From the NCBI GenBank assembly GCA_036567405.1, contig DATCUL010000301.1, forward strand, positions 1 to 32,569: a DNA stretch of 32,569 nucleotides. The letters are read 5' to 3'. Below, in pieces: positions 1 to 9,661 of the stretch. The first letter of the stretch is position 1. The number at the start of each line of letters is the position of its first letter. Below the pieces are notes generated by a model. That model was not told where the DNA came from, did no database searches, and saw only the letters and a program-made list of their open reading frames with translations. The translations under genes were made by a program, and so were the position numbers. The DNA is from Methyloversatilis sp. GTDB lineage: Bacteria > Pseudomonadota > Gammaproteobacteria > Burkholderiales > Rhodocyclaceae.

Positions 1-10
1 CTCTCCGCCA
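1..10 (+). tRNA. probable 3' end (acceptor stem + CCA) of a tRNA, most likely tRNA-Ser; truncated by window start
   Basis: CTCTCCGCCA matches the 3' acceptor strand, G discriminator and CCA typical of tRNA-Ser (5' GGAGAG). A + strand intrinsic terminator follows 14 nt later. Only 10 nt are visible. Confidence 0.5.
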
Positions 11-24
11 AGCATCAAGCAATC

Positions 25-48
25 AAGCGCCCCTCAGGGCGCTTTTTT
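25..48 (+). terminator. Rho-independent terminator
   Basis: AAGCGCCC-CTCA-GGGCGCTT stem followed by a T run. Confidence 0.8.
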
Positions 49-57
49 GTTTCCGGG

Positions 58-1077
58 CTACTTTCCGGTCAGTGCCTTCTTCGCGTCCAAGCCTGCGCCG
101 CGATTCACGAATCGGGTCGTGAACGACTTCGCGACATCGATTTCGCCCGGTTTGAGCAGGCCGGCCTTCACCATCTTGTCGTGGAAATCCCTGATTCTTG
201 ATTCGCTGAGCGCGCCGACGCCCTTGGTCAGGGTGTCGCCGGAGTCGACGATGCCGTACTCCTTCATCTTCCGTACCGAGAAGTCGAGCAGGTCGTCGGT
301 CATGTCCGGATTGGCCTTCCTGATCAGCGCATTGGCGGCGCGGTTGTCGCCATACAGGTAAGAGACCCAGCCCCGCGCCGAGGCGTCGACGAAGCACTGC
401 ACGACCTGCGGCTTCTTCTCCACCAGTTCCTGCCGGGTTTCCACGGTGTTCGAGTAGGTGCTCCAGCCGTAATCCGCCAGCAGGAAGAACTTGGCCGGCG
501 TTCCTGTCTCCTTCTCGTAGCTGTAGGCCTCGGAGGTGAGCAGGCCCTGTTGCGCTGACTTCCTGTTGGCGAGGAAGGGCGCGAGCGAGAAGTTGTAGGG
601 TCTGACTTGTTCCTCGCGGAAGCCGTGCTGCGACTTCATCCACTGGTAGAAGCCGGACAGCGAGTAGGCGGAGATGAACAGCACCGGCGCTCTGGCAAGA
701 TCCTCGAAGCGCTCGTAGCCCTGCCCGGGATGCGCCAGCATGCCCTGCGGATCCTTCTGGAAGTGGGCGGCCACGACGACGGTCGGGATCTTCTGCCTGA
801 CCATGTCGAAGGCCTGCAGCAGGTTGCCGCCCAGCAGGAAGTCGATCTTGCCGACCGGCAGCAAGGGCCGGTTGTTGGTGGATGGGCCGCCCATCACGAT
901 GTCGACGTCCAGACCGCATTTCCGGTAGCTGCCGTCGGCCAGCGCCTGGTAGTAGCCGCCGTGTTCTGCCTGCGCCTTCCAGTTGGTGGCGAACACCACC
1001 TTCTCCAGTGCCTGCGCCGGACATGCGGCGGCCAGCAGTACCAGCGCGAACGAAGTGATCAGCAGGCGTGCTCGCAT
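58..1077 (-). CDS. ABC transporter substrate-binding protein, NMT1/THI5 (SsuA-like) family
   Basis: Signal peptide; ATNWKAQAEHGGYYQA N-terminal motif; last gene of an ATPase-permease-SBP operon. Confidence 0.9.
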   Translation of the reverse strand: MRARLLITSFALVLLAAACPAQALEKVVFATNWKAQAEHGGYYQALADGSYRKCGLDVDIVMGGPSTNNRPLLPVGKIDFLLGGNLLQAFDMVRQKIPTVVVAAHFQKDPQGMLAHPGQGYERFEDLARAPVLFISAYSLSGFYQWMKSQHGFREEQVRPYNFSLAPFLANRKSAQQGLLTSEAYSYEKETGTPAKFFLLADYGWSTYSNTVETRQELVEKKPQVVQCFVDASARGWVSYLYGDNRAANALIRKANPDMTDDLLDFSVRKMKEYGIVDSGDTLTKGVGALSESRIRDFHDKMVKAGLLKPGEIDVAKSFTTRFVNRGAGLDAKKALTGK

Positions 1078-1110
1078 GTCGTGGGGTCCGCAGCGGATGG
1101 AGCTACGATT

Positions 1111-1926
1111 CTATCTGCGTTCCGGCAACTGGCTTTCGTGCCAGTGGCCAATCAGCTTCCGGGTCAGGATGTTCAGTGCGAGGAAGATGGCGATGCCGGT
1201 CACCGAGATCAGCGCGAGTGCGGCGAACATGCGCGCCACGTTGAGCCGGAACGACGCTTCCAGTATGCGCCAGGCGAGGCCGGATTCCTGGCCCGCGGTG
1301 CCGGCGGTGAATTCGGCGATCACGGCGCCGATCAGGCTCAGCCCGCCGGCGATGCGCAGGCCGGCCAGAAAGTAGGGCAGGGCCGACGGTGCGAGCAGCA
1401 GACGCAGCCGCTGCCAGCGCGTGGCGCCGTACAGCGTGAACAGGTCCTGCAGGTTGCGGTCGGCACTGCGCAGGCCGGTCACCGTGTTGGACAGCACCGG
1501 AAAGAAGGCGACGATCCACGCGCACAGCAGCAGCGCACTGAGCGTGTTCGGCGCGTAGATCAGGATCAGCGGCGCGATGGCGATGATGGGGGTGACCTGC
1601 AGGATGATCGCGAACGGAAACAGCGAACGTTCGATCCAGCGGTTCAATGTGAACAGGAAGGCCAGGCCGACACCGCCAACGACCGATGCCAGCAGCGCCA
1701 GGACGGTGATCTTCAGCGTGATCAGCCAGGCCGGCCACAGCGTGTCCCAGTCCGTGACCAGCGTCCGGGCGATCAGGCTGGGCGCCGGCAGGATGTAGGC
1801 GGGGAGGCCGCGCCAGCGCACGATCCCCTCCCAGGCGCACAGTGCAAGCAGTGCGACCAGCACCGGCATCACCCGGTCGGCGGTCTGCCGACGGCGCAGG
1901 CCGGCGGTTGCAGCGGTTTCAGGCAT
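1111..1926 (-). CDS. ABC transporter permease (NitT/TauT family)
   Basis: Hydrophobic helices; TP..A.APL and EAA-like loop (LYGATRWQRL...P.ALPY). Start set at ATG 1926, which overlaps the upstream ATPase stop (ATGCCTGA). Confidence 0.9.
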   Translation of the reverse strand: MPETAATAGLRRRQTADRVMPVLVALLALCAWEGIVRWRGLPAYILPAPSLIARTLVTDWDTLWPAWLITLKITVLALLASVVGGVGLAFLFTLNRWIERSLFPFAIILQVTPIIAIAPLILIYAPNTLSALLLCAWIVAFFPVLSNTVTGLRSADRNLQDLFTLYGATRWQRLRLLLAPSALPYFLAGLRIAGGLSLIGAVIAEFTAGTAGQESGLAWRILEASFRLNVARMFAALALISVTGIAIFLALNILTRKLIGHWHESQLPERR

Positions 1927-2707
1927 CCGGTACCCCGGCTCGTGCGAGTGCATCCGTCACCGCGCGGCAATGTGCGCTGTACGCCGCGGACAGCCTGTAT
2001 TCGCGGTCGCGCGGGCAAGGAGGGGCGACGTGCAGATCGGCCACGATGCGGCCGGGACGCGCAGCCATCACCGCCACCCGGTTCGACAGGTAGACCGCCT
2101 CGTAGATCGAATGGGTGACGAACACGACCGTCCAGTGCTGCCCTGACCACAGCTCGAGCAGATCGTCGTTGAGCCGGTGCCGGGTCATGTCGTCGAGCGC
2201 GGCGAAGGGTTCGTCCATCAGCAGCAAGGTCGGACGGGTGACCAGGGCACGCGCGATCGACACGCGCATCTTCATGCCGCCCGACAGTTCGCGCGGATAC
2301 GCATGCCGGAAGTCGGACAGTCCCACCATTTCGAGCGCCTGTTCGACCTGCGGCCTGGCCTCGGCGGGCGACAGACCCTTCAGGCGCAGTGGCAGATGGA
2401 CATTGTCGAACACGCGTGCCCAGGGCATCAGCGTCGGTTCCTGGAACACGAAGCCGATCTCGGGGACGTCGCCGGTGCTGCCGGAAACCGTGGCAACGCT
2501 GCCCGCCGACGGCGCCATCAGCCCGGCGATCAGGCGCAGCAGGGTGCTCTTGCCGCACCCCGACGGACCCACGAGACTCAGGAATTCATGCTGCCCGACC
2601 GACAGGTTGACGCCTTCGAGCGCGACCGTGCCATTGGGGTAGGACAGCGCGGCGTCGCGTATCTCGATCAGCGGTGCCGCCTGCGGGCCCATGCCGGCTA
2701 GGCTCAC
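1919..2707 (-). CDS. ABC transporter ATP-binding protein (NitT/TauT family)
   Basis: Walker A GPSGCGKST, signature LSGGM, Walker B LLLMDEPF, H-loop VTH. Confidence 0.95.
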   Translation of the reverse strand: MSLAGMGPQAAPLIEIRDAALSYPNGTVALEGVNLSVGQHEFLSLVGPSGCGKSTLLRLIAGLMAPSAGSVATVSGSTGDVPEIGFVFQEPTLMPWARVFDNVHLPLRLKGLSPAEARPQVEQALEMVGLSDFRHAYPRELSGGMKMRVSIARALVTRPTLLLMDEPFAALDDMTRHRLNDDLLELWSGQHWTVVFVTHSIYEAVYLSNRVAVMAARPGRIVADLHVAPPCPRDREYRLSAAYSAHCRAVTDALARAGVPDA

Positions 2708-2832
2708 GGCGTCTGCGACCGGGCGTCGGCAGGTGCGACGAGGTGAAATGTGCTGATGGCTGCCGAGCGGACGAGTGCGGACATGCCGCGATTATATGGG
2801 CGGCCCGGGGCAGTTACATTGCGTCGCCGGAT

Positions 2833-4983
2833 TCACGCGGCGCTCGGACCGGAGCTGGTGACGTCGTTGCCGGTGAGTACCACCATCCGGTTTCGTCCGC
2901 CCTGCTTGGCCCGGTAGAGCGCCTTGTCGGCCAGTATCAGCAGCGATGAAAAATCCTTGCTCGACGGGCTGATTTCGCTGATTCCCACACTCAGCGTATA
3001 AGGCGCCGGCTGGCCGTCGATCTCGGGTGGGCTGGCCGCAATCCGTTCCATCAGGCGCTCGGCGAAGGCGCATGCGCCATCCAGACTGGTGTGCGGCAGA
3101 AGCACGGCGAATTCCTCGCCGCCGATGCGGCCAGCCGAGTCCGAGTCGCGCAGCAGGCCGGACAGCACGAGGGCGAAGCTGCGCAGTACCGCATCGCCAC
3201 CGGCATGGCCATAGTGATCGTTGAAGGACTTGAAGTTGTCCAGATCAACCATCAGTACGGCCAGAGGCGTTTCATAGCGTTGCGCCCGGGCGAATTCCTC
3301 CTCGGCCGTCTCGAAGAAGTGGCGCCGGTTCGGCAGGCCGGTCAGCGCATCCGTATTGGCAAGGATGCGTATCGCTTCCTCGGCCAGCTTGATCGCGGTG
3401 ATGTTCTCGTGACTGACCAGCACGCGCTCGCGCTGCGGGTCCATCGGCGTCACCTTCATGCTGAACCACTGTCTTTCGGCCGGGCTGTGGCAGGGATAGT
3501 CCATCTGGAACAGCGACGAGCGTCCCAGCATGACCGACAGGACGCCCTCGCAGGCCTTGGCTGCCAGAGACTTGTCCGGGCCGCCGACGCGGGACAGCGC
3601 GTCGAGATAGTTCACGCCGAGAAAGGTCACGTCGCCGGGGTACTCGCTGCGCTGGGCGAATTTCCGCCAGCTGGCATTGGTTTCGACAATCTGCCCGCGC
3701 TTGTCGAGTACCGCGACGTGGGCCGTCATCGCGTCCAGTGCGGCTGTCTTGAGCTTGCGGTCGGCTTCGAGTTCGCTTTCGAGCCGCTGCCGGTCGGTGA
3801 TGTCGATGAACATCACGACGATCTGCTTGAAGCGTGACGAGGTGTCGAACTCGGGGTAGGCGTGCACCAGTACCCAGATCCGTTCGGCATCGTCAGGGTG
3901 CAGGATGCTGAGCACGAGATCCTTCATCTCCCGGCCGGACATCAGTACCCGCCGCACCAGATCGGTGTCCGGAGACAGCGTGTTGCCATGTTCGTCGGAA
4001 AATTCGCATCCGATGTCGGCCACCTTCAGTCCGGCCACCGTAAGAGCATCCAGACGCAGCATGCGCGATGCTTCCGGATTGGCGTAAAGGATGCGCGCAT
4101 CCGGTGCGCAGATCAGGATGCCTGCGTGCAGGTTGTGCATCAGCAGCCGGTGCCGCAGCTCGCTGTCGGCGAGCGCGGTCTGTGCCATGCGCCGGTCGTG
4201 GATGTCCTCGATCACCGCTATGAAGTGCGATGGCACGTTTCCGTCGTCGTACAGCAGCGACACGGTGAGCCTCGCCCAAGCACTCTGGCCGTCCTTGTGC
4301 AGATAGCGCTTTTCCATTGAATAGCTGGAAATGTCGCGACGCAGCAGCTGTTCCATGTACTGCAGATCGGTCTGCAGATCGTCCGGATGGGTGATGTCCT
4401 GGAAGGTCCGGTCGCGAAGTTCGTCTTCGGTGTAGCCGAGGATGTCGCACAGCTTGCCGTTGACCCGTTCCCAGCGTCCGTTCAGATCGAGCACGGCGAT
4501 GCCGACCGCAGCCTGCTCGAACGTCCCGCGGAAGCGCAGTTCGCTGTCGCGCAGCGCCTGCTCGATGTAGCGCCGGTGCGAGATGTTGCGGACGATGCCG
4601 AGCACGGCGCGCCGTCCGCCGAAAGTGATGCGGTTTGCGTTCAGCTCGACCGGCAGCGAACCCTGGCCACCCTTGCACAGCATCCGGAGCTCGTAGCTGT
4701 TCAGTGGTTCTTCGCCTTCGCCGATTCGCTGGCGGAAGCGCTCATTCCATATGTCAATGAATTCCGGTGCCACCACGGCCTCGAATCCGAGGCCGACGAA
4801 TTCGTCGTGGCTGTAGCCCAGCATGCGGTGCATTGCCGGGTTGGCGAATACGAAACGATAGTCCTGTGCAACGATGACGCCGTCCGTCATCTTGTCGAGC
4901 AGGGTTCGAAAGATGGAACCGTCCCCTACCGGGACTTGCCCGATCAAGGCACCCTCTGGCTGACCATCGTTCTGCAAAGGCAT
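2833..4983 (-). CDS. cytoplasmic multi-PAS sensor diguanylate cyclase
   Basis: About four PAS/PAC repeats; TDALTGLPNRR, DLDNFK..ND.YGH..GD, RxxD I-site (RDSD) and GGEEF active site; no EAL domain. Confidence 0.93.
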   Translation of the reverse strand: MPLQNDGQPEGALIGQVPVGDGSIFRTLLDKMTDGVIVAQDYRFVFANPAMHRMLGYSHDEFVGLGFEAVVAPEFIDIWNERFRQRIGEGEEPLNSYELRMLCKGGQGSLPVELNANRITFGGRRAVLGIVRNISHRRYIEQALRDSELRFRGTFEQAAVGIAVLDLNGRWERVNGKLCDILGYTEDELRDRTFQDITHPDDLQTDLQYMEQLLRRDISSYSMEKRYLHKDGQSAWARLTVSLLYDDGNVPSHFIAVIEDIHDRRMAQTALADSELRHRLLMHNLHAGILICAPDARILYANPEASRMLRLDALTVAGLKVADIGCEFSDEHGNTLSPDTDLVRRVLMSGREMKDLVLSILHPDDAERIWVLVHAYPEFDTSSRFKQIVVMFIDITDRQRLESELEADRKLKTAALDAMTAHVAVLDKRGQIVETNASWRKFAQRSEYPGDVTFLGVNYLDALSRVGGPDKSLAAKACEGVLSVMLGRSSLFQMDYPCHSPAERQWFSMKVTPMDPQRERVLVSHENITAIKLAEEAIRILANTDALTGLPNRRHFFETAEEEFARAQRYETPLAVLMVDLDNFKSFNDHYGHAGGDAVLRSFALVLSGLLRDSDSAGRIGGEEFAVLLPHTSLDGACAFAERLMERIAASPPEIDGQPAPYTLSVGISEISPSSKDFSSLLILADKALYRAKQGGRNRMVVLTGNDVTSSGPSAA

Positions 4984-5577
4984 CTCCCCGGAGTCCGGAT
5001 GATTGATGCTGCTGCTGCGGTGCTGGAAGACGTCGTCGATGCCCGGCTCACTTCAAGCGGGCATCGGGAGCACGGTTCATGTGTCCGGCGTCTGCATTCT
5101 GCGCCAACTTGATACATGACAGAACACAGGAACGGTCGTTACGACAGAAGTTTTCCTCCCGCCAACATTACCTTTTTGAAGGTGCTGCCCATGGTGTCAG
5201 GTCAACATCCGTCTTTGCATGAATACTGAGGTGTTGCCTCGGCGACGTGGCTGCAGAAACCATGACAACGCGCCAAAGAACCAGTTTAAATGTGTTGATT
5301 TCCGGGCTTCGTATCCCGCCATGTACCTGAATGAATTTAACTTTTGAAGTCTTTCAGGCGAGGGCGACTCAAGCCGGACGGAAGATGCGCCGATGCTCGG
5401 ATGATGGGTTCCGGATGCGCTGGATGTGCGCTGCGGTGGCAAAAAGAATGAAATGCGGACCCTTCGATCTCCGCCGGGTCCGTTCTGCAGGAAGCCGCAA
5501 ACCGCGTGACTTTGCGCCGGGATGCGGTCAATGCGCTACGCTTGACGCATTCGCATCTGTATTCCGGGAGTCTGGGC

Positions 5578-5817
5578 ATGGCCAAACATCAGAAGACGTT
5601 TCAGCTGTCGATCCGCGAGATCGATCTGATTGAGGACGCGGTGCGCGAGAAGATAGGCATTCTCGCGCATGTGGTCCTCACCAGTGGCGACGCGCAGAGC
5701 GCCGAAAGCCGTACCAACGATGAACTGATCCGCGAATTGTCGGATCTGCTCGGCAGCCTGCACAATCAGAAAATCTTCTACAGTCAGGTGAACCGCACCG
5801 GCGTACCGGGAGGCTGA
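5578..5817 (+). CDS. small hypothetical protein (79 aa, helical)
   Basis: GGGAG SD-like element 7 nt before ATG 5578; protein-like sequence MAKHQKTFQLSIREIDLIEDA...LLGSLHNQKIFY; coding-like GC3 bias. Confidence 0.75.
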   Translation: MAKHQKTFQLSIREIDLIEDAVREKIGILAHVVLTSGDAQSAESRTNDELIRELSDLLGSLHNQKIFYSQVNRTGVPGG

Positions 5818-5871
5818 GCGGCAGGCGGCGGGACGCTGGTCGGCGGGCGTATTGCGCGGCGACGACCGAGG

Positions 5872-6570
5872 TCAGCAGTCCTCGTCAGCCTGTACGCATT
5901 CGCCTGTGGTATGCAGGTGCATGATGTGCCAGCCATGCGCATGTGCATGCGCTTCGAGTGTCGGATCGGGGTCCACAGCAACCGGATTGCTGACCCGGTT
6001 GAGCAGTGGCAGATCGTTCAGCGAGTCGCTGTAGAAGGTTGTCCTGCGGAAGCTGCCGAGATACAACCCCAGTTCTTCCAGCCAGCGTTCGACACGCTCG
6101 ATCTTGCCTTCGCGGAAGGCCGGCGTGCCGCGTGGCTTGCCGGTGAATTCGCCATCCTGCTGTGCCGGAATGGTGGCAACCAGATGCGGGATGTCGAGTT
6201 CGCGGGCGATCGGTCCGGTGATGAAACTGTTGGTGGCTGTCACGATGGCGCACAGCGCACCGGTTTCCAGGTGACCGTTGACCAGGGCGCGCGCGCCGTC
6301 CGACAGGCGAGGGCGGATCTGCTTGGTCATGAATTCCGCGTGCCAGGTGTCGAGTTCGGCTCGACTGTGGCGAGCCAGTGGCGCCAGCTGGAAATTCAGG
6401 AATTCGTGAATGTCCAGCGTGCCCGCCCTGTACTGGTCGTAGAAGGCGGCATTGCGCGCTTCGTACAGCTCGCGGTCCAGTACGCCCTTCGAAATCAGGA
6501 ATTGCGCCCATTCGAAGTCGGAGTCGCCTGCCAGCAGTGTGTTGTCGAGGTCGAAAAGTACCAGTTCCAT
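5872..6570 (-). CDS. HAD-IB family hydrolase (SerB-like / possible histidinol-phosphatase)
   Basis: Motif I LFDLDNTL, motif II TAT, motif IV YSDSLND; typical position downstream of hda. Start trimmed from the longer ORF. Confidence 0.9.
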   Translation of the reverse strand: MELVLFDLDNTLLAGDSDFEWAQFLISKGVLDRELYEARNAAFYDQYRAGTLDIHEFLNFQLAPLARHSRAELDTWHAEFMTKQIRPRLSDGARALVNGHLETGALCAIVTATNSFITGPIARELDIPHLVATIPAQQDGEFTGKPRGTPAFREGKIERVERWLEELGLYLGSFRRTTFYSDSLNDLPLLNRVSNPVAVDPDPTLEAHAHAHGWHIMHLHTTGECVQADEDC

Positions 6571-6584
6571 GTCGAAAATCCGTG

Positions 6585-7277
6585 TCAGATCAATCGTGCC
6601 TGCATGACTTCGCGCAGCAGTGGCAGGGTTATCGGCCGCTGGCGGGTCAGCGAATGTTCGTCGAGCAGGTCGAGTATGCCCAGCAGCGAGCGGATGTCGC
6701 GCCGGCCGTGGCGCAGCAGGTAATCGAATACCTCCGCATCGACCTTCATGCCGCGCGCGCCGGCATGGGCGTGCAGCAGTTCCTTCCGCTCTTCGTCGTG
6801 CAGCGGCTGGATGCAGAAGGACAGCATCTGGCCGATACGCGTGCGCAGATCCTCCCGCTGAGGCAGGTCGCGCGGTGCGCTGTTGCCGGCTGCCACCGGC
6901 GTGATGCCGCGGGCGGCAGCAAGGTTGATGGCGCGGAACAGGCCGATCTGGGCCATCGGTTCCAGCAGATGGACATCGTCGAACAGCCACAGTTTCGCGT
7001 GGGTCGCCTCCAGCGCTGCGATCAGCGTGTCGGACGGCGTGTTGTTGATCTGTTCGGCATCGAGATACAGGCCGCGCGCCCTCGCCTGGGCAGCCAGCGC
7101 GCGCAGCAGGTGAGTACGCCCGCTGCCGATTTCGCCCCACAGGTAGGTGGCCGTGGTGGCCTGATCGGCCGCCATCGCACGCAGGTGATTCAGCAGTTCG
7201 CGATTGGCACCGGCGATGAAGTTGTTCAGGCTGGGTGACGCGATCGGGCGGATGTCGAGCAGCAGCTGGCGCATCAT
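6585..7277 (-). CDS. hda: DnaA regulatory inactivator Hda
   Basis: N-terminal clamp-binding-like QLLL; NFIAG.N; Walker A-like GEIGSGRTHLL; LFDDVH; DLRTR; ATGA overlap with the AI-2E gene; purM-AI-2E-hda synteny. Confidence 0.92.
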   Translation of the reverse strand: MMRQLLLDIRPIASPSLNNFIAGANRELLNHLRAMAADQATTATYLWGEIGSGRTHLLRALAAQARARGLYLDAEQINNTPSDTLIAALEATHAKLWLFDDVHLLEPMAQIGLFRAINLAAARGITPVAAGNSAPRDLPQREDLRTRIGQMLSFCIQPLHDEERKELLHAHAGARGMKVDAEVFDYLLRHGRRDIRSLLGILDLLDEHSLTRQRPITLPLLREVMQARLI

Positions 7278-8359
7278 TCGATCAGCTTCGGGCCGTCGCC
7301 CTGATAGAGCTGGCTCGCGAGGTAGTGACGGCGCAGTTCGCGCAGACCGACGAGCAGGGCTGCCGACGCGGGCAGTGCGAGCAGGATGCCGACGAAGCCG
7401 AACAGCTGTCCGAAGGCCATCAGTGCAAAAATCACCGCCAGCGGGTGCAGGCCGATGCGTTCGCCGACCAGCCACGGCGTCAGCACGAAGCTTTCCAGCA
7501 GCTGACCCAGACCATAGACGATGCCGACGCCGATCACCGGTTCCCAGCCGTTGAACTGCAGGGCAGCCACCAGCAGCGACAGCAGCAGTCCGGTCGAGTA
7601 GCCGACATAGGGGATGAAACCCAGCAGTCCCGACAGCAGGCCCAGCGGCAGCGCATAGTCGATGCCGGCGATCCACAGTCCGGCGCAATAGAACAGCGCG
7701 AGCGCGGCCATGACCGACAGCTGGCCGCGCAGGAATTCCGCCAGTACCGCATCGATTTCGTCCACCAGCGCCAGCGCACGTGCCAGCCACGGGCGCGGAA
7801 CGAAGCTGCTCACGCGCTGGCGCAGGTCCTGCCAGTCGCGCAGCAGATAGAACATGACAACCGGCGTCAGCAGCACGTTGGCGATCACGCCGGCAATGAC
7901 GGCGCCCTGGCTGGTGACGTATTCGAAGGCCAGCACCAGATAGTCCTGCGCGCTCGACCAGTTCTTGGTGACGAAGCGGCGCAGGCTGTCGATGTCGAGC
8001 TGCAGTTCGACGCCCAGGTGTTTGTGCACCCACGGTACGAACTGCTGCTGGGCCGCCGTCAGATACCCGGGCAGACGTTCCAGCAGGGTGCGCACTTCCT
8101 GCTGGATGACCGGAACCAGGATGAGGACGAGTCCGACGACCAGGCTGATCACCAGCAGGATCACCAGTACGACCGCCAGCGAGCGCGGCGCGCCCCGGTC
8201 ACACAGCCGGGCGACCAGCGGTTCGAAAATGTAGGCCAGCACCAGACCGAGCATGAAGGGCGACAATGCCGGCCCGAGCAGCCAGAACAGCGCCGCGAAG
8301 GCCAGAGCGACGCCGGCCCATAGCAGGGTTTGCTTGTGGTTGATGCCGGGAGAGATCAT
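7274..8359 (-). CDS. AI-2E (PerM) family transporter
   Basis: Polytopic membrane protein; FIPYVG, LESFVLTPWLVG, LHPLAVIFAL motifs. Confidence 0.92.
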   Translation of the reverse strand: MISPGINHKQTLLWAGVALAFAALFWLLGPALSPFMLGLVLAYIFEPLVARLCDRGAPRSLAVVLVILLVISLVVGLVLILVPVIQQEVRTLLERLPGYLTAAQQQFVPWVHKHLGVELQLDIDSLRRFVTKNWSSAQDYLVLAFEYVTSQGAVIAGVIANVLLTPVVMFYLLRDWQDLRQRVSSFVPRPWLARALALVDEIDAVLAEFLRGQLSVMAALALFYCAGLWIAGIDYALPLGLLSGLLGFIPYVGYSTGLLLSLLVAALQFNGWEPVIGVGIVYGLGQLLESFVLTPWLVGERIGLHPLAVIFALMAFGQLFGFVGILLALPASAALLVGLRELRRHYLASQLYQGDGPKLIE

Positions 8360-8492
8360 GGCGCGTTGCAGGCAGGGGTAGAATGCGCACCCTTGTACCC
8401 CGGTGCGCTGGTGCAGTGCGAAAACGGCCCCGAGTGTAGCAAGTTTCCGTTCCGACCTTCCCTATTCCCGGCGCCGTGCGCCCCGAAATGTC

Positions 8493-9548
8493 ATGACATC
8501 ATCCAAGGATTCCAGAGCTCCCCTCAGTTACGCCGCTGCCGGTGTGGACATCGACGCCGGTGACGCGCTGGTCGAGCGCATCAAGCCGCTGGCCAAACGC
8601 ACCATGCGTCCCGAAGTGCTGGGCGGCATCGGCGGTTTCGGTGCGCTGTTCGAGGTGTCCAGGAATTACCGGGAACCGGTGCTGGTGTCCGGTACCGACG
8701 GCGTCGGCACCAAGCTCAAGCTCGCCTTTCAGCTCGATGGCCACGATACGGTCGGCCAGGATCTGGTCGCGATGAGCGTGAACGACATTCTTGTCCAGGG
8801 TGCCGAGCCGGTCTTCTTCCTGGACTACTTCGCCTGCGGCAAGCTCGACGTCGATACCGCAGCCCGCGTCGTCGGCGGCATTGCGCGTGGTTGCGAATTG
8901 GCCGGCTGTGCGCTGATCGGTGGCGAGACGGCCGAAATGCCCGGCATGTATCCGGCCGGCGAATACGATCTCGCCGGTTTCGCCGTCGGCATCGCCGAGA
9001 AAAGTTCGCTGATCACGGGTGAAACGATTGCTGAAGGCGATGTCGTTCTCGGTCTGGCGTCCAGTGGCGCGCATTCGAACGGCTATTCGCTGCTGCGCAA
9101 GATACTTGAGCGCGACGCGCCCGACCTGTCAGCCGATTTCCACGGCCGAACCCTGCGCGAAACCGTACTGGAACCGACCCGTATCTATGTGAAGTCGCTG
9201 CTTGCGCTGATGAAGGACGCGCCGGGTCTGGTGAAGGGCATGGCCCACATCACCGGTGGCGGTCTGCTCGACAACGTGCCGCGCGTGCTGCCGGCTGGCC
9301 TGTCGGCACATATCGACGCGGCTTCGTGGACGCTGCCGCCGTTGTTCGCCTGGTTGCGTGAAGCGGGCAACGTGGCCGAACAGGAAATGTACCGGGTATT
9401 CAATTGCGGCATCGGCATGGTGGTCATCGTGTCGCCGGCCGATGCGGAACGGGCAATGAAGTCGCTCGCCGACAGTGGTGAAACCGTCTATCGGATTGGC
9501 CGCATCGAGCGCTGTGCCGATGGCGAAGCTCAAACGATCGTGCGCTGA
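8493..9548 (+). CDS. purM: phosphoribosylformylglycinamidine cyclo-ligase (AIR synthase)
   Basis: [45 protein letters not shown] motifs. Confidence 0.97.
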   Translation: MTSSKDSRAPLSYAAAGVDIDAGDALVERIKPLAKRTMRPEVLGGIGGFGALFEVSRNYREPVLVSGTDGVGTKLKLAFQLDGHDTVGQDLVAMSVNDILVQGAEPVFFLDYFACGKLDVDTAARVVGGIARGCELAGCALIGGETAEMPGMYPAGEYDLAGFAVGIAEKSSLITGETIAEGDVVLGLASSGAHSNGYSLLRKILERDAPDLSADFHGRTLRETVLEPTRIYVKSLLALMKDAPGLVKGMAHITGGGLLDNVPRVLPAGLSAHIDAASWTLPPLFAWLREAGNVAEQEMYRVFNCGIGMVVIVSPADAERAMKSLADSGETVYRIGRIERCADGEAQTIVR

Positions 9549-9585
9549 ACCCGTGCCGCAGCGCTGAAGATACGGCGCTGAAAAC

Positions 9586-9612
9586 AAAAAACCCGCCAGC
9601 GGCGGGTTTTTT
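9586..9612. terminator. bidirectional intrinsic terminator between purM and rpmG
   Basis: AAAAAACCCGCC-AGC-GGCGGGTTTTTT. Confidence 0.9.
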
Positions 9613-9661
9613 GTCGCGGCCCGAACCTTGCCGTTGAAGCAGGTTCGAGCGGCCGGAAGCC

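Noticed and set aside
9-28. CAAGC repeated three times
   Set aside because: Too short and irregular for a CRISPR or tandem repeat; it is an ordinary trailer before the terminator.
5109-5310. TTGAT half-sites (about 5109 and 5295; also 12550) as FNR boxes
   Set aside because: None has the ATCAA half-site at the 4-nt spacing.
5437-5452. TGGCAAAAAGAATGAA as a sigma54 promoter
   Set aside because: It has GG at -24 but GA instead of the required GC at -12.
5197-5633. Short ORFs 5197..5442, 5331..5633 and 5337..5585
   Set aside because: They overlap one another, lack convincing SDs, and their composition is not protein-like.
1-5817. tRNA-integrated genomic island or prophage
   Set aside because: There is no integrase, I found no second copy of the tRNA 3' end, and the native terminator directly follows the CCA.
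5872-8033. Long ORFs 5872..7140 and 6585..8033 suggesting fusions or overlapping genes
   Set aside because: The N-terminal parts are Arg/Ala/Pro-rich off-frame reads of hda and the AI-2E gene. Recognisable proteins start at 6570 and 7277.
8360-8492. ZTP or purine riboswitch, or PurR box, before purM
   Set aside because: No recognisable aptamer or ACGCAAAC-GTTTGCGT consensus; only a TAGAAT -10-like hexamer at 8379.
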